Below, one piece after another: positions 1-8,690 of a DNA stretch of 64,000 nucleotides (positions are counted from its first letter, which is position 1; the number at the start of each line of letters is the position of its first letter). The position numbers were made by a program, and so were the translations under genes. The notes under the pieces are model-generated. The model did no database searches, was not told the origin of the DNA, and saw only the letters and a program-made list of their open reading frames with translations. Source of the stretch: an uncultured Puniceicoccaceae bacterium (GTDB taxonomy: Bacteria; Verrucomicrobiota; Verrucomicrobiia; Opitutales; Oceanipulchritudinaceae); contig CAWVVV010000001.1 in the NCBI GenBank assembly GCA_963933835.1, forward strand, positions 192,001 to 256,000. Direction: 5' to 3'.

Positions 1-149
1 AGGAAGACAAGACGTTAAGGGTTCGTAAAAGAGGTGCCGAAGACGCCCGATTTGATTAAAAAAAAGCAAATTTAGAGTTCTGCTTACCCGTGAGCTAAAA
101 CTATTACGGGAACACCGATGTGAGAGGCACAGATCAATCTTTCGCATCA

Positions 150-1166
150 ATGATATCCAAAAACATTCTCCGCTTACTATCCGCAGCCCTCACTGCTCTG
201 GTAATGCCTACAGCCCTCAGCGCTCAAAGCGCCGCTTCGACACCTGCCGGATGCTTTCCGGTTCTTCTTCAAGCAGGCGCCGACAACGCGATCGGGATTC
301 CCCTCCAACGCTCAGCAGGATTCGTCGGACGGATCCACTCGATCTCCGGTTTCGAGATCACTCTAGCAACGAGCGCTGGATGGACGCCAAACGAGCTCAT
401 CGGAGCCAATGCCAAAAATGAGAAATATTTTTGTCAGATCAGAACGGGCGCCCTCGCTGGAGCGACACTTCCTATCATCTCAAATGACGATGGTAGCTTT
501 ATGATTTCTCCGCAGAGCGAGGACATCACTGAGCTCCTGAGCGACGCCCAAGACGGCACGGGTGACGTCATCCTCGTCATCCCTTACTGGACACCGGAAT
601 CCCTCTTTAACTACACCCAAGTCCCTGAGAACACAAAACTCATACTCCTCGAAAGCGACAGCACCGACGTTTGCGCATCGCTGGTCTATGCATCTGGGCT
701 ATGGACTGACTTGCATGGCAACGACGCCAGCAGCTCAATTATCAAACGCGGCGAGGGGCTTCTCGTCTGCCTGCCTGCGAACACGGCAGACGTCCACCTG
801 AATATCCTCGGCCATGTTCCAACAACACCCGAACGCTTCGTCTTCGATGCGGCTGACGATAATCAGGGCAAAGACGTCTTTTTCGCCCTCTCGCATCCCG
901 AAGGCATAGCGCTTCAAGATGCTGGCCTCGAGCTTGATGACCGCACGATCATTTTCGCCTATGATGGAGCATCCGGATACGGCGGCAATCCTGCCGCAGT
1001 CTATACTTTCTACGAAGGCTACGGCTGGTTCGACGAATTGTTTCAAGCTGTCGACGCATCGATCGCGCTCGATCCCGGCCGCGCCTACTTCATTCGTGTC
1101 CCACAAGCTGAGCCCTACACCCAATGGGTTTGGACGCGGTCCCCCAACTACGTCAGCAGTATCTAA
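150..1166 (+). CDS. TIGR02597-like secreted protein (Verrucomicrobia paralogous family)
   Basis: Signal peptide (LLSAALTALVMPTALSA), TPAG...ADNAIGIPLQR...FVGRI and VIPYWTPESLF motifs. ORF track starts at GTG 120; ATG 150 is more likely. Confidence 0.65.
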   Translation: MISKNILRLLSAALTALVMPTALSAQSAASTPAGCFPVLLQAGADNAIGIPLQRSAGFVGRIHSISGFEITLATSAGWTPNELIGANAKNEKYFCQIRTGALAGATLPIISNDDGSFMISPQSEDITELLSDAQDGTGDVILVIPYWTPESLFNYTQVPENTKLILLESDSTDVCASLVYASGLWTDLHGNDASSSIIKRGEGLLVCLPANTADVHLNILGHVPTTPERFVFDAADDNQGKDVFFALSHPEGIALQDAGLELDDRTIIFAYDGASGYGGNPAAVYTFYEGYGWFDELFQAVDASIALDPGRAYFIRVPQAEPYTQWVWTRSPNYVSSI

Positions 1167-1232
1167 CTACTGCGCATACACTTTGCGAAATCGTTGATCC
1201 GATACGGGGAGGGTGAGACTTCCCCCTTTACT

Positions 1233-1261
1233 AAAAAGCCCTACACATGTGGGGCTTTTTT
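1233..1261. terminator. Bidirectional intrinsic terminator
   Basis: AAAAAGCCCTAC-acat-GTGGGGCTTTTTT hairpin with A/T tails on both sides, between convergent genes. Confidence 0.8.
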
Positions 1262-1264
1262 GGT

Positions 1265-1993
1265 TTATTCAACGTTGAGCTCAGCCGCCGCAGCCTCGTC
1301 GACAAGCCAAGTGACTCGCGATGCGTATGCCTCGAGGAGCTGCACAGGATAAACATCATCAGGGCCTTCGAGCACTTCTTTGAGAACAGATGCTTTCTTC
1401 GCCCCCGTGACCGTAATCAAAATTTCAGCACACTGTCCAAAGCCCTCACGGGTAATTGTCAGGCGCCAACCTTTTTCAGGCACCTCGACACAAGCGAACA
1501 AGGCAGCGATTGGGCTTACAAGCAGGGTGCTTCCAGGAAAAATCGAAGCCGTATGCCCATCATCTCCCATCCCCAACAAACAGAGATCAAATCCATGGTT
1601 AGCGCCGTGGTTATCGAGCCAACGCTGATTAAAAACATTAGCCGATGACTGAGGGTCTACCGTCGTGATCCATGGATGTTTATTGATCTCAGAGACATCT
1701 AAGAAAGTGAGCATTTTACGGTCTGCGATGCCGAAATTGCTTTCTTCACTATCCAACGGAACCATCCGCTCGTCGCTCGCATACCACAGAACTTTGTTCA
1801 GGACTTCTTCGGAAAATGGCTTCGTTTCGGCCGCCCATTCATAAAAGGCTTTCGGGGTTGAACCTCCTGTGAGGCCAACTGTTTTCGTCACGCCGCTCGC
1901 TACTGCAGAAATCTTTTCAGCGGTGATCTGGAAAATCTCTTCGAGCGAACAGATTTTCACACTTCCATACTTTATCTCAAACGGGGCGCCCAT
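1265..1993 (-). CDS. pgl: 6-phosphogluconolactonase
   Basis: GLTGGSTP, DERMVPLDSEESN and LGMGDDGHTASIFP motifs. Confidence 0.92.
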   Translation of the reverse strand: MGAPFEIKYGSVKICSLEEIFQITAEKISAVASGVTKTVGLTGGSTPKAFYEWAAETKPFSEEVLNKVLWYASDERMVPLDSEESNFGIADRKMLTFLDVSEINKHPWITTVDPQSSANVFNQRWLDNHGANHGFDLCLLGMGDDGHTASIFPGSTLLVSPIAALFACVEVPEKGWRLTITREGFGQCAEILITVTGAKKASVLKEVLEGPDDVYPVQLLEAYASRVTWLVDEAAAAELNVE

Positions 1994-2050
1994 GTCGAAA
2001 GGCTCCTAGCTAACCACCGCCACTGGCAAGCGTCTTCTTCCGCAGCGCTC

Positions 2051-2923
2051 TTACTTCAGGAACTGAGCGATCTGCTGATGCAGCTCATCGCCACCATCTT
2101 CGAGCACATAGTGTCCACAATCCTGCTTCCAATGTGTCTGAGCTTCAGGAAAGCGTGCCTGCCACTCACGAAAAAAGGAGGCATTGAAACACCAATCGCG
2201 TCCACCCCAAGCAATCAGCATGGGCTTTTCGCGCAAAGAAGTCAGACCCTCTTCAACCTTCACTAGCCGATCATAGCTTGGGTGATTCTCATTCATCGGA
2301 ATGTCTTCGACAAAGCGTGCAATCGCGATGCGATCTGCCCAAGAGCGGTACGGCCAAAGATACCCATCCTTCAAATCGCGCGAAAGCGGTTGAACCGTTG
2401 TCATCCTTGTCGCTGGGCCAGCAAATCCATTCAGTCCACGGACGAGAAAGCGCCCGATGAAGGGCCAACGGCAGGCTGCGATGCGCAACGGCAGTCGCTT
2501 AGAACGAAAAGCGGCCGTATTCAAAACGACGATGCGCTCCACTGCCTCAGAAAGTTCCGTGGCAACGCCCATTCCGATCGCCCCACCCCAGTCATGCACG
2601 ACAATCGAGAAGCGTGTTAGGCCGAGCTCCTTTATAAGTCGTAATACGTTCTCAATGTGATCGGCGAGGCAATAGGACCAGTCTTGAGGTTTGTCCGAAA
2701 GGCCACAGCCAAGGTGGTCGGGAACAATCGCCCGCATCCCTTGATCCGCCACTGCGCGGGCGAGATCTCGATAGTAGAAAGACCAAGTGGGATTTCCGTG
2801 CACCATGATCACGGGATGGCCTTCGCCGACGTCGATATAGTGTTGACGCCCGCCAGGCTGGTCAATCCAAGAGGAGGAAAATGGATACAGGGCTTTGAGT
2901 GCTGAAGGCAACCCTTCGCTCAC
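2051..2923 (-). CDS. oleB: OleB-like alpha/beta hydrolase (haloalkane-dehalogenase fold; beta-lactone decarboxylase)
   Basis: HGNPTWSFYYR, VHDWGG nucleophile elbow and GHYVLED. Overlaps the oleA stop by 4 bp. Confidence 0.8.
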   Translation of the reverse strand: MSEGLPSALKALYPFSSSWIDQPGGRQHYIDVGEGHPVIMVHGNPTWSFYYRDLARAVADQGMRAIVPDHLGCGLSDKPQDWSYCLADHIENVLRLIKELGLTRFSIVVHDWGGAIGMGVATELSEAVERIVVLNTAAFRSKRLPLRIAACRWPFIGRFLVRGLNGFAGPATRMTTVQPLSRDLKDGYLWPYRSWADRIAIARFVEDIPMNENHPSYDRLVKVEEGLTSLREKPMLIAWGGRDWCFNASFFREWQARFPEAQTHWKQDCGHYVLEDGGDELHQQIAQFLK

Positions 2924-3975
2924 GCCTCGACTCCCATCATCATTGAGCTCAGCCCACTTCCGATGCCTAAGAGTGCGATTTTGTCACCCGTCTTCACAGC
3001 GCCTGCTCTAACCGCTTCTGCTAACGTAATGGGCAAAGAGACAGAGCCCACATTTCCGAGGTGCTCATAGGTTGTAAAATCCTTCGCAGGGTCGAGGCCC
3101 AGACGCTCAACAAGCTGGCGCTGATGCGAGCGACCCACTTGGTGACAGATAAAGCGATCGAGCTTTGTCTCAGCCCAACCAAAAGCTGCTTTAAATCGAT
3201 CCCAATTTCTCTCCGCCACCGCGAGCCCGGCATCAAGCAGAGCTTCAGCTTCGGTCAACATCTCTAATCCGTGCCCATCTACCTGACCTCCTTGGCAAAG
3301 CTTATTTGCGGACGAGTCGGTCTCAACAACTCCGCCGAGGAACTTCATGGCACCTTCCGGAGCATCATCTGCATGCGTGATGACACACGCCACGGCTCCC
3401 GCCCCAATCGTGAGATTAGCAAAGTACGGCTTGATCGTCTTTCGCGTGAAATGACCACCGAGCAAGGTCTTGATCGTATACTCAAGCAGCGGGCGACCAT
3501 TCTCCCCGGAGACGAGAAGCGCCCGTCGAATTTGGCCACTCTCAATCATGCCCGAAACCAACGTCAGACCGTTTAAGAACCCAAGGCAGGCATTCGAGAG
3601 ATCAAAAATCTGACACGTGTTCGCCAACCCTAATTGCCCGTGCACGTAGGCCGCCGTTGCTGGTTCAAGCCGGTCGCGACAAACACCACAGTGCGCAACG
3701 AGGTCGATATCGCTGCGGTCGCCACCCCACTCCTTGAGGGCTTTTTCGCCAGCCTCCGCACTTGCGGCAGAGGGCGCCCGGTTATCAGGCCAGAAACGGC
3801 GCTCGCGAATCCCAGTCATCAGTTCTAATCGGCCGAGAGGCAGCTTGAGGCGTTCGTAGAGGGCTCCTAAGCGCTCTTCAATCGTTGCGGAGCTCATGAC
3901 TTCCGGTGGGAAGACAGTGCCAAAAGAGGGAATGCGAACTTTCGAAAATCGAATCGCTTTAATCGCTGTAGCCAT
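2920..3975 (-). CDS. oleA: OleA-type thiolase / 3-oxoacyl-ACP synthase III
   Basis: LGRLELMTGIRERRFW, EPATA, SNACLGF (catalytic Cys), CHQVG and GIGSGL. Confidence 0.88.
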   Translation of the reverse strand: MATAIKAIRFSKVRIPSFGTVFPPEVMSSATIEERLGALYERLKLPLGRLELMTGIRERRFWPDNRAPSAASAEAGEKALKEWGGDRSDIDLVAHCGVCRDRLEPATAAYVHGQLGLANTCQIFDLSNACLGFLNGLTLVSGMIESGQIRRALLVSGENGRPLLEYTIKTLLGGHFTRKTIKPYFANLTIGAGAVACVITHADDAPEGAMKFLGGVVETDSSANKLCQGGQVDGHGLEMLTEAEALLDAGLAVAERNWDRFKAAFGWAETKLDRFICHQVGRSHQRQLVERLGLDPAKDFTTYEHLGNVGSVSLPITLAEAVRAGAVKTGDKIALLGIGSGLSSMMMGVEA

Positions 3976-3976
3976 A

Positions 3977-4507
3977 TCAGTAAAGCCCTTCTATCAATTT
4001 AATGACGGTGAGACCATCTGCGTAATTTGATGATCCTCCGAGGGCAAAGTGGAATATTAACATAAAAAAGAGTCCTGCGCTAAAAAAAATCAATCCTCCG
4101 AAAACACCAGCTTTATGGAACCCATAAGTTTCCGTAATCAGAAACGAGACGCTTGGATCTTTCGGATCATAAAAGGCCTCAACGACTGCCGCCGTATTCA
4201 ATTTGTGATACAGATTCTCGTGGCCGCTTGCGGAACTACTTGAATAAGCGGGATGAATTCGACTGGAGGTATATAACTGCTTATTCACGGTGTAGTGATA
4301 AGTCACTTCCACTTCGTGGACAATGGCATCGCCATCGCTCGTATTGAGAAGCTCGCAGGCACTTAATTCTGCTTGGACCGTGGGCCAGCTCTGAGCTTCC
4401 TTCGCCTTCCGCACTTGGCTCAGCGCCTTCAGGCTAAGCCAAGTTCCAGCCAACATGAAGATTGAGCAAAAGGGGTAGACGAACCATATCAGCTTCATTT
4501 CTTGCAT
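3977..4507 (-). CDS. DUF3592-like membrane protein
   Basis: N-terminal TM, AQSWPTV, VTYHYTVN, FYDPKDPSVSFL, C-terminal TM. Start uncertain (4507 or 4498). Confidence 0.7.
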   Translation of the reverse strand: MQEMKLIWFVYPFCSIFMLAGTWLSLKALSQVRKAKEAQSWPTVQAELSACELLNTSDGDAIVHEVEVTYHYTVNKQLYTSSRIHPAYSSSSASGHENLYHKLNTAAVVEAFYDPKDPSVSFLITETYGFHKAGVFGGLIFFSAGLFFMLIFHFALGGSSNYADGLTVIKLIEGLY

Positions 4508-4532
4508 ACCTTCCACATGTTCATATCCACCT

Positions 4533-5339
4533 TCATTCCGATTTCTCCGGACGCATCGCAAGGCTGACTGCTTCTTCGTCGAAGTAGTTCCAATCCATGC
4601 CGGCGTTTACCGTAATGCCCTGGGCATTGATCCCACTGCTTGCCGGGCTGAGCAGAAAAACGGCCGTATTCGCGACCTCCTGAGTGGTCAGAGCGCTTTT
4701 GCGCATCGTCAGTTTCTCCGCGAAGAGATAATTCTCCAGATATCCAGGGATGCCCGCAGAGGACTTCGTTTTCAGTGGGCCCGCGTTCACCGTATTGAAA
4801 CGGATGTCGCCGTATTTAGAAAACGATTTGGCGAGGAAACGGGTGCAGCCTTCGAGCGCGCTCTTGATCGGCGACATGTAGCCATAGCTCGAAGCCGTCA
4901 CATAGGAGCTGATTCCGATCGAAACAACCGAGGCGGTCTTGTTCAGGAGCGGTTTGAGCGCATTAGCCATCTCAACTAGAGAAAAGGCTGATATCTGCAT
5001 CGCTTGCATGAAGTGGCTGCGCGGCGTCTTCTCAAAGGAATCTGTGCCCTCGGTGTAGTTCGCAAAAGCAATGGAATGAACAAAGCCATCAAAAGGCCCC
5101 TGCGCCTGCAGTTCGCCAGCTAAACGCTGAAGCGAACCCTCTTCTTCGACATCGCAGGTGAAGCATGCGCGGTCGCCGAGGAGTTTTGACAGCGCCTCTT
5201 TGCGCGCTTCGCTGCGAACGCTGTAAACAACCGTCGCACCAAGCGCTTCGAGCGTCTGCGCGATCGCCCAAGCCACGCTCTTACGGTTTGAAACACCGAA
5301 GACGAGGAAGCGCTTACCCGCTAGCTGTAGAAACTCCAT
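4533..5339 (-). CDS. fabI: Enoyl-ACP reductase
   Basis: GVSNRKSVAWAIA, VHSIAFA, YGYMSPIK catalytic Y-x6-K and AGPLKT. Confidence 0.88.
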   Translation of the reverse strand: MEFLQLAGKRFLVFGVSNRKSVAWAIAQTLEALGATVVYSVRSEARKEALSKLLGDRACFTCDVEEEGSLQRLAGELQAQGPFDGFVHSIAFANYTEGTDSFEKTPRSHFMQAMQISAFSLVEMANALKPLLNKTASVVSIGISSYVTASSYGYMSPIKSALEGCTRFLAKSFSKYGDIRFNTVNAGPLKTKSSAGIPGYLENYLFAEKLTMRKSALTTQEVANTAVFLLSPASSGINAQGITVNAGMDWNYFDEEAVSLAMRPEKSE

Positions 5340-5382
5340 AGTGCAAAAGTCGTCGATCAGACCTCATCGGCAAGGGCGAAAT

Positions 5383-5826
5383 CTACCCTTCAGCCTCGAT
5401 CATCGCGAGGGCGAACTCGACTGTAGCCGTCACCTTGCCCTCTTTTTTGATCGAACCCTTCATGAAGTGGAAGCGCCCCATCGGCTCTTTGTACGTCACG
5501 GTGATTTCAATTTCGTCACCTGGCTTCACCATTTGCTTGAAGCGCGCATCCTGAATACGGGCTAGCACCGGTGCTAGCATTGAGGTGTCCCTCGCAGCAA
5601 CACCGAGCTTTCTAGACATGTAGACAGCAGCAGCTTGAAAGATCGCCTCGCACAACAGGACCCCCGGCATGATCGGATTGCCCGGATAGTGCCCTTGAAA
5701 CTGAGGCTCATCGCCACTGATTGTCCTCGTCGCCACAAGATGCTCATCATCCGCTTCAACGATCGAATCGATGAATAAGAAAGGCTCCCGGTGCGGAATT
5801 AGCGCCTTAATCTCCTCTTGATTCAT
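5383..5826 (-). CDS. fabZ: 3-hydroxyacyl-ACP dehydratase (FabZ/FabA hotdog fold)
   Basis: IPHREPFLFID and FQGHYPGNPIMPGVLLCEA. Confidence 0.88.
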   Translation of the reverse strand: MNQEEIKALIPHREPFLFIDSIVEADDEHLVATRTISGDEPQFQGHYPGNPIMPGVLLCEAIFQAAAVYMSRKLGVAARDTSMLAPVLARIQDARFKQMVKPGDEIEITVTYKEPMGRFHFMKGSIKKEGKVTATVEFALAMIEAEG

Positions 5827-5890
5827 TAACATCCCGCCAAAGTGGAGCACTGACGCCGCACTGCACGCAAAAAGACGAATCCACGCGAAC

Positions 5891-7200
5891 TCATCGCATA
5901 AAACGGATCAACCCCTGCTTAAGCCCTCTCATTGTAGGGAACTGCTTGGCCCGAGGATCTTGAACCCAAATCAGAGCGACAAAGCCGCAGAAACAGAGCG
6001 AAGCCGCTGTTAAGGCCAAAGCTGGCAGACCACCCTGCACCCATAAAAACCGACAGAGCGTGCTCGCCCCGAGGAGGCCAAACATCGTCACCAAAGAGAT
6101 CATTGAGAGATAGCCTGCCTGCAGCTTTCGAGGTGTTAATTCCATCACCAAAGTATCCTTCCCTACGATCCAGATCATCTGACTGAACCCGTAAAAGCAT
6201 AAGCCAGTTGTGCCTGTAGCGGTGTTTCTACAAAAAGTGCAGCTATGCACGCCATCGCCAAAACGGTATATCCAAAGCCCAGTGTCGCCCGCCCACCCCA
6301 GCGATCACCGACAAATGCGGCACAGAGATTGCCCAAAGCCCAGCCACCCATTTGCCACATCGCTAGGACACCGAGGTAACGACTACCCTGCCCGAGCTTA
6401 ACGAGCAGATGCGTCGCATAGAACGGTGGCATAAGGAGAAACGCATGCACAAGAAGCACAGCTATGGTGAAGCATATACGAGAACGCTGAAACTCACCCG
6501 GACGATAAAAATGAACAAATGATTCCCGAATGCTCTGACGTTCCGGCGGTTCTTCCTCGACCGCTTGCTCTGGTTCAGTGGCAAAACCCAGAATTACCAT
6601 ACTGATCATGAGGCACAGCGCTGCGAAAAGGTGGAGGATACCATACCCTGTCGCGCCTGGGTGTGCCGACAGCACTCGCTCGATCACAAGACCGGCAAAA
6701 ATCCCTGTCACGCCACCAAACATAAAGCGAAAAGCGATATTCGACGCCCGGCGCTCAGCGGGCACCCCCATAATATACATCCGTTGCCAAGCGGTGAACC
6801 CCAATCAACCGAGCAAGCCGGAACACAAGGGTGTCAGGGCCAATATCGCTACCGTCCAAACAGGAGACGGCTTCGCTAAAACCAAAATTATGCCAGCAAC
6901 CAAATAGGGGGACCTCTGTAAAAAGCCAGTCCACAGCATATATGTCCTTAGTCTCGGCAACCGATCGATCAAACCAGCCGTCAGGACGGGGACCCCGAAC
7001 AGACCGATCACCATCAAGCTAGGAACAAAACCAGCCAGCCATAATGGCCCGCCTTCCTGCAAGATCACCGCCGGTAGAAATGTCTGCGCATTCACAAACC
7101 CCGCGCCAAAGACATACATCCCACCTTCTAACAGGTAGACCCCATAGTTTCTACGCTCCTCCCTCGATCGCATCCCCTCAATTCCTCCTTGATCCCTCAT
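5891..7200 (-). pseudogene. MFS transporter split into three ORFs
   Basis: Three consecutive hydrophobic ORFs. In-frame TGA at 6805-6807 (GLLG*LGFTAW) and a missing T in the run at 6193-6196 (restoring it gives LAYAFYGFSQ). Joined length is about 435 aa. Confidence 0.8.
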
Positions 7201-7299
7201 CCGGCAAGGAAGAAATCAATCTCACTAAAATGGCTGCGGTTTAAAATTTCCGCATTGCCCCAAAGAACCAATACGCCTTCATCATCCACCATCCGACTT

Positions 7300-7374
7300 G
7301 TCCCCATAGTTCAACGGATAGAACAATGGTTTCCTAAACCGTAAATCTGGGTTCGATCCCCAGTGGGGGCGCCA
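7300..7374 (+). tRNA. tRNA-Arg(CCT)
   Basis: Acceptor GTCCCCA/TGGGGGC, anticodon arm ATGGT-TTCCTAA-ACCGT, T-loop GGTTCGATCC, encoded CCA. Confidence 0.96.
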
Positions 7375-7793
7375 TTTAATTATCCCATAAACTCAGCACT
7401 TGAGCCGTTTCAAAAAGAATCGCTTGGATCAAGCACACCCCTATAGAACCCCTTAAAGCAGCATAATAGCCGCCTTAAATGTTCTTAATTCGTTCTTAAC
7501 GATTCTTCAGCAGGCCTGAATTGCCGCATTGCTCCTCGCATCCTACTTCCAATGTGTTTTGGCCGATGGAGAGAGCGGGGTTCGAAATCAGTTTAAGTGC
7601 TGATAAACAGTGACTTGCAACGCTACTATGCGGGTTCGGGTGGCGTTGGGTTGCGGGGAATGTGCGTAGGATTGCACTCAGGATGACAGGAATTTGGCAG
7701 GAGGTTGGTGGGAAAACAATGGAGCAGGAACTGCGCTCGGACGTGGAGAGAATCGCTGATGCGCTGTAAAAGCAGGATCATCTTGCCTGACCA

Positions 7794-8192
7794 TTGTTAA
7801 ACGATCATCAATCGAGCATGTTCTATCATATCCGGCTGTTATGCCGTCATCATCTGTGCTTCTCGATTGCTTGCTTTGCTCTTTTGACCGCCACATGCAT
7901 CGCGGTCGATGACGCCGCAGGAATAGATCCCGAAACTTTGCAGGCCGCAGAGCAGGGACACGCCGACGCTCAATATAATCTGGGCGTTGCCTACAACTTT
8001 GGCAATGGCGTCATCAAAGACTACGAAACGTCCTACATGCATTTACTTCTGGCGGCAGCACCGGGTAACCAACAGGCTGCGGAATTTGGTGATAAGATTG
8101 AACTCAAATTGACCCCTGAGGCTATCTCCCGAGCCCAGAAGGCAGCATCTGCGATGCTTGAAGCAATCAAGGCACGCCAGAACGCCGAGTAG
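7794..8192 (+). CDS. Small secreted Sel1-repeat protein
   Basis: Hydrophobic leader, AAEQGHADAQYNLGVAYNFGNGVIKDY Sel1 repeat and LTPEAISRAQKAA tail. Start uncertain. Confidence 0.75.
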   Translation: MLNDHQSSMFYHIRLLCRHHLCFSIACFALLTATCIAVDDAAGIDPETLQAAEQGHADAQYNLGVAYNFGNGVIKDYETSYMHLLLAAAPGNQQAAEFGDKIELKLTPEAISRAQKAASAMLEAIKARQNAE

Positions 8193-8558
8193 CGTTCCAA
8201 AGGCTCTATATCGGTTTTCAGCTTTAGGCGTGTCTTTTCGAATAAATTGAACTGCGCCTGTCTCACCGCTGATTTCAACAGCTTGGCGCGTTGCCTCTGC
8301 AGTCATCATGATAACTTTGGCCTTGGGATCTTCGCCCAAGATTTCTTTGAGGGCAGAGAGCCCATCGAGAATAGGCATGTTGATATCAAACAACGCCAAG
8401 TCCGGGCGATACTCTCGATAGAGTTCGACGCCTTCCTTGCCATTGCCTCCTTCGACGAATTGCTCGATACCCATGTTTTTTAATAACATGCGGATATAGA
8501 GCCGGACGTGGGCTTCGTCATCTACGATGAGGACCGATTGCGGTAACGACTTTTCCAT
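8043..8558 (-). CDS. CheY-like single-domain response regulator; C-terminus appears truncated and read through
   Basis: VLIVDDE, LFDINMPILDG, MMTA and FIRK. After about 8216 the frame runs antisense across the Sel1 gene with non-REC sequence. Confidence 0.75.
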   Translation of the reverse strand: MEKSLPQSVLIVDDEAHVRLYIRMLLKNMGIEQFVEGGNGKEGVELYREYRPDLALFDINMPILDGLSALKEILGEDPKAKVIMMTAEATRQAVEISGETGAVQFIRKDTPKAENRYRAFGTLLGVLACLDCFKHRRCCLLGSGDSLRGQFEFNLITKFRSLLVTRCCRQK

Positions 8559-8690
8559 TGTGCTCCTCACCTATACCGGAGCTGCACGGAGTAGCCTGAG
8601 ACTTTTTTTACACTTTTAGCAATCTATCTGAAATGGAGCGTTCGTAGCTAAGGCTTACAGCCCAAAAACCCCTCAAATTCGCGCCATTTC

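Noticed and set aside
6805..6807. TGA recoding (alternative genetic code or selenocysteine) in the MFS gene
   Set aside because: TGA ends normal genes here (oleA, pstB, aguA), the context suggests GGA mutated to TGA, and the same gene also has a frameshift.
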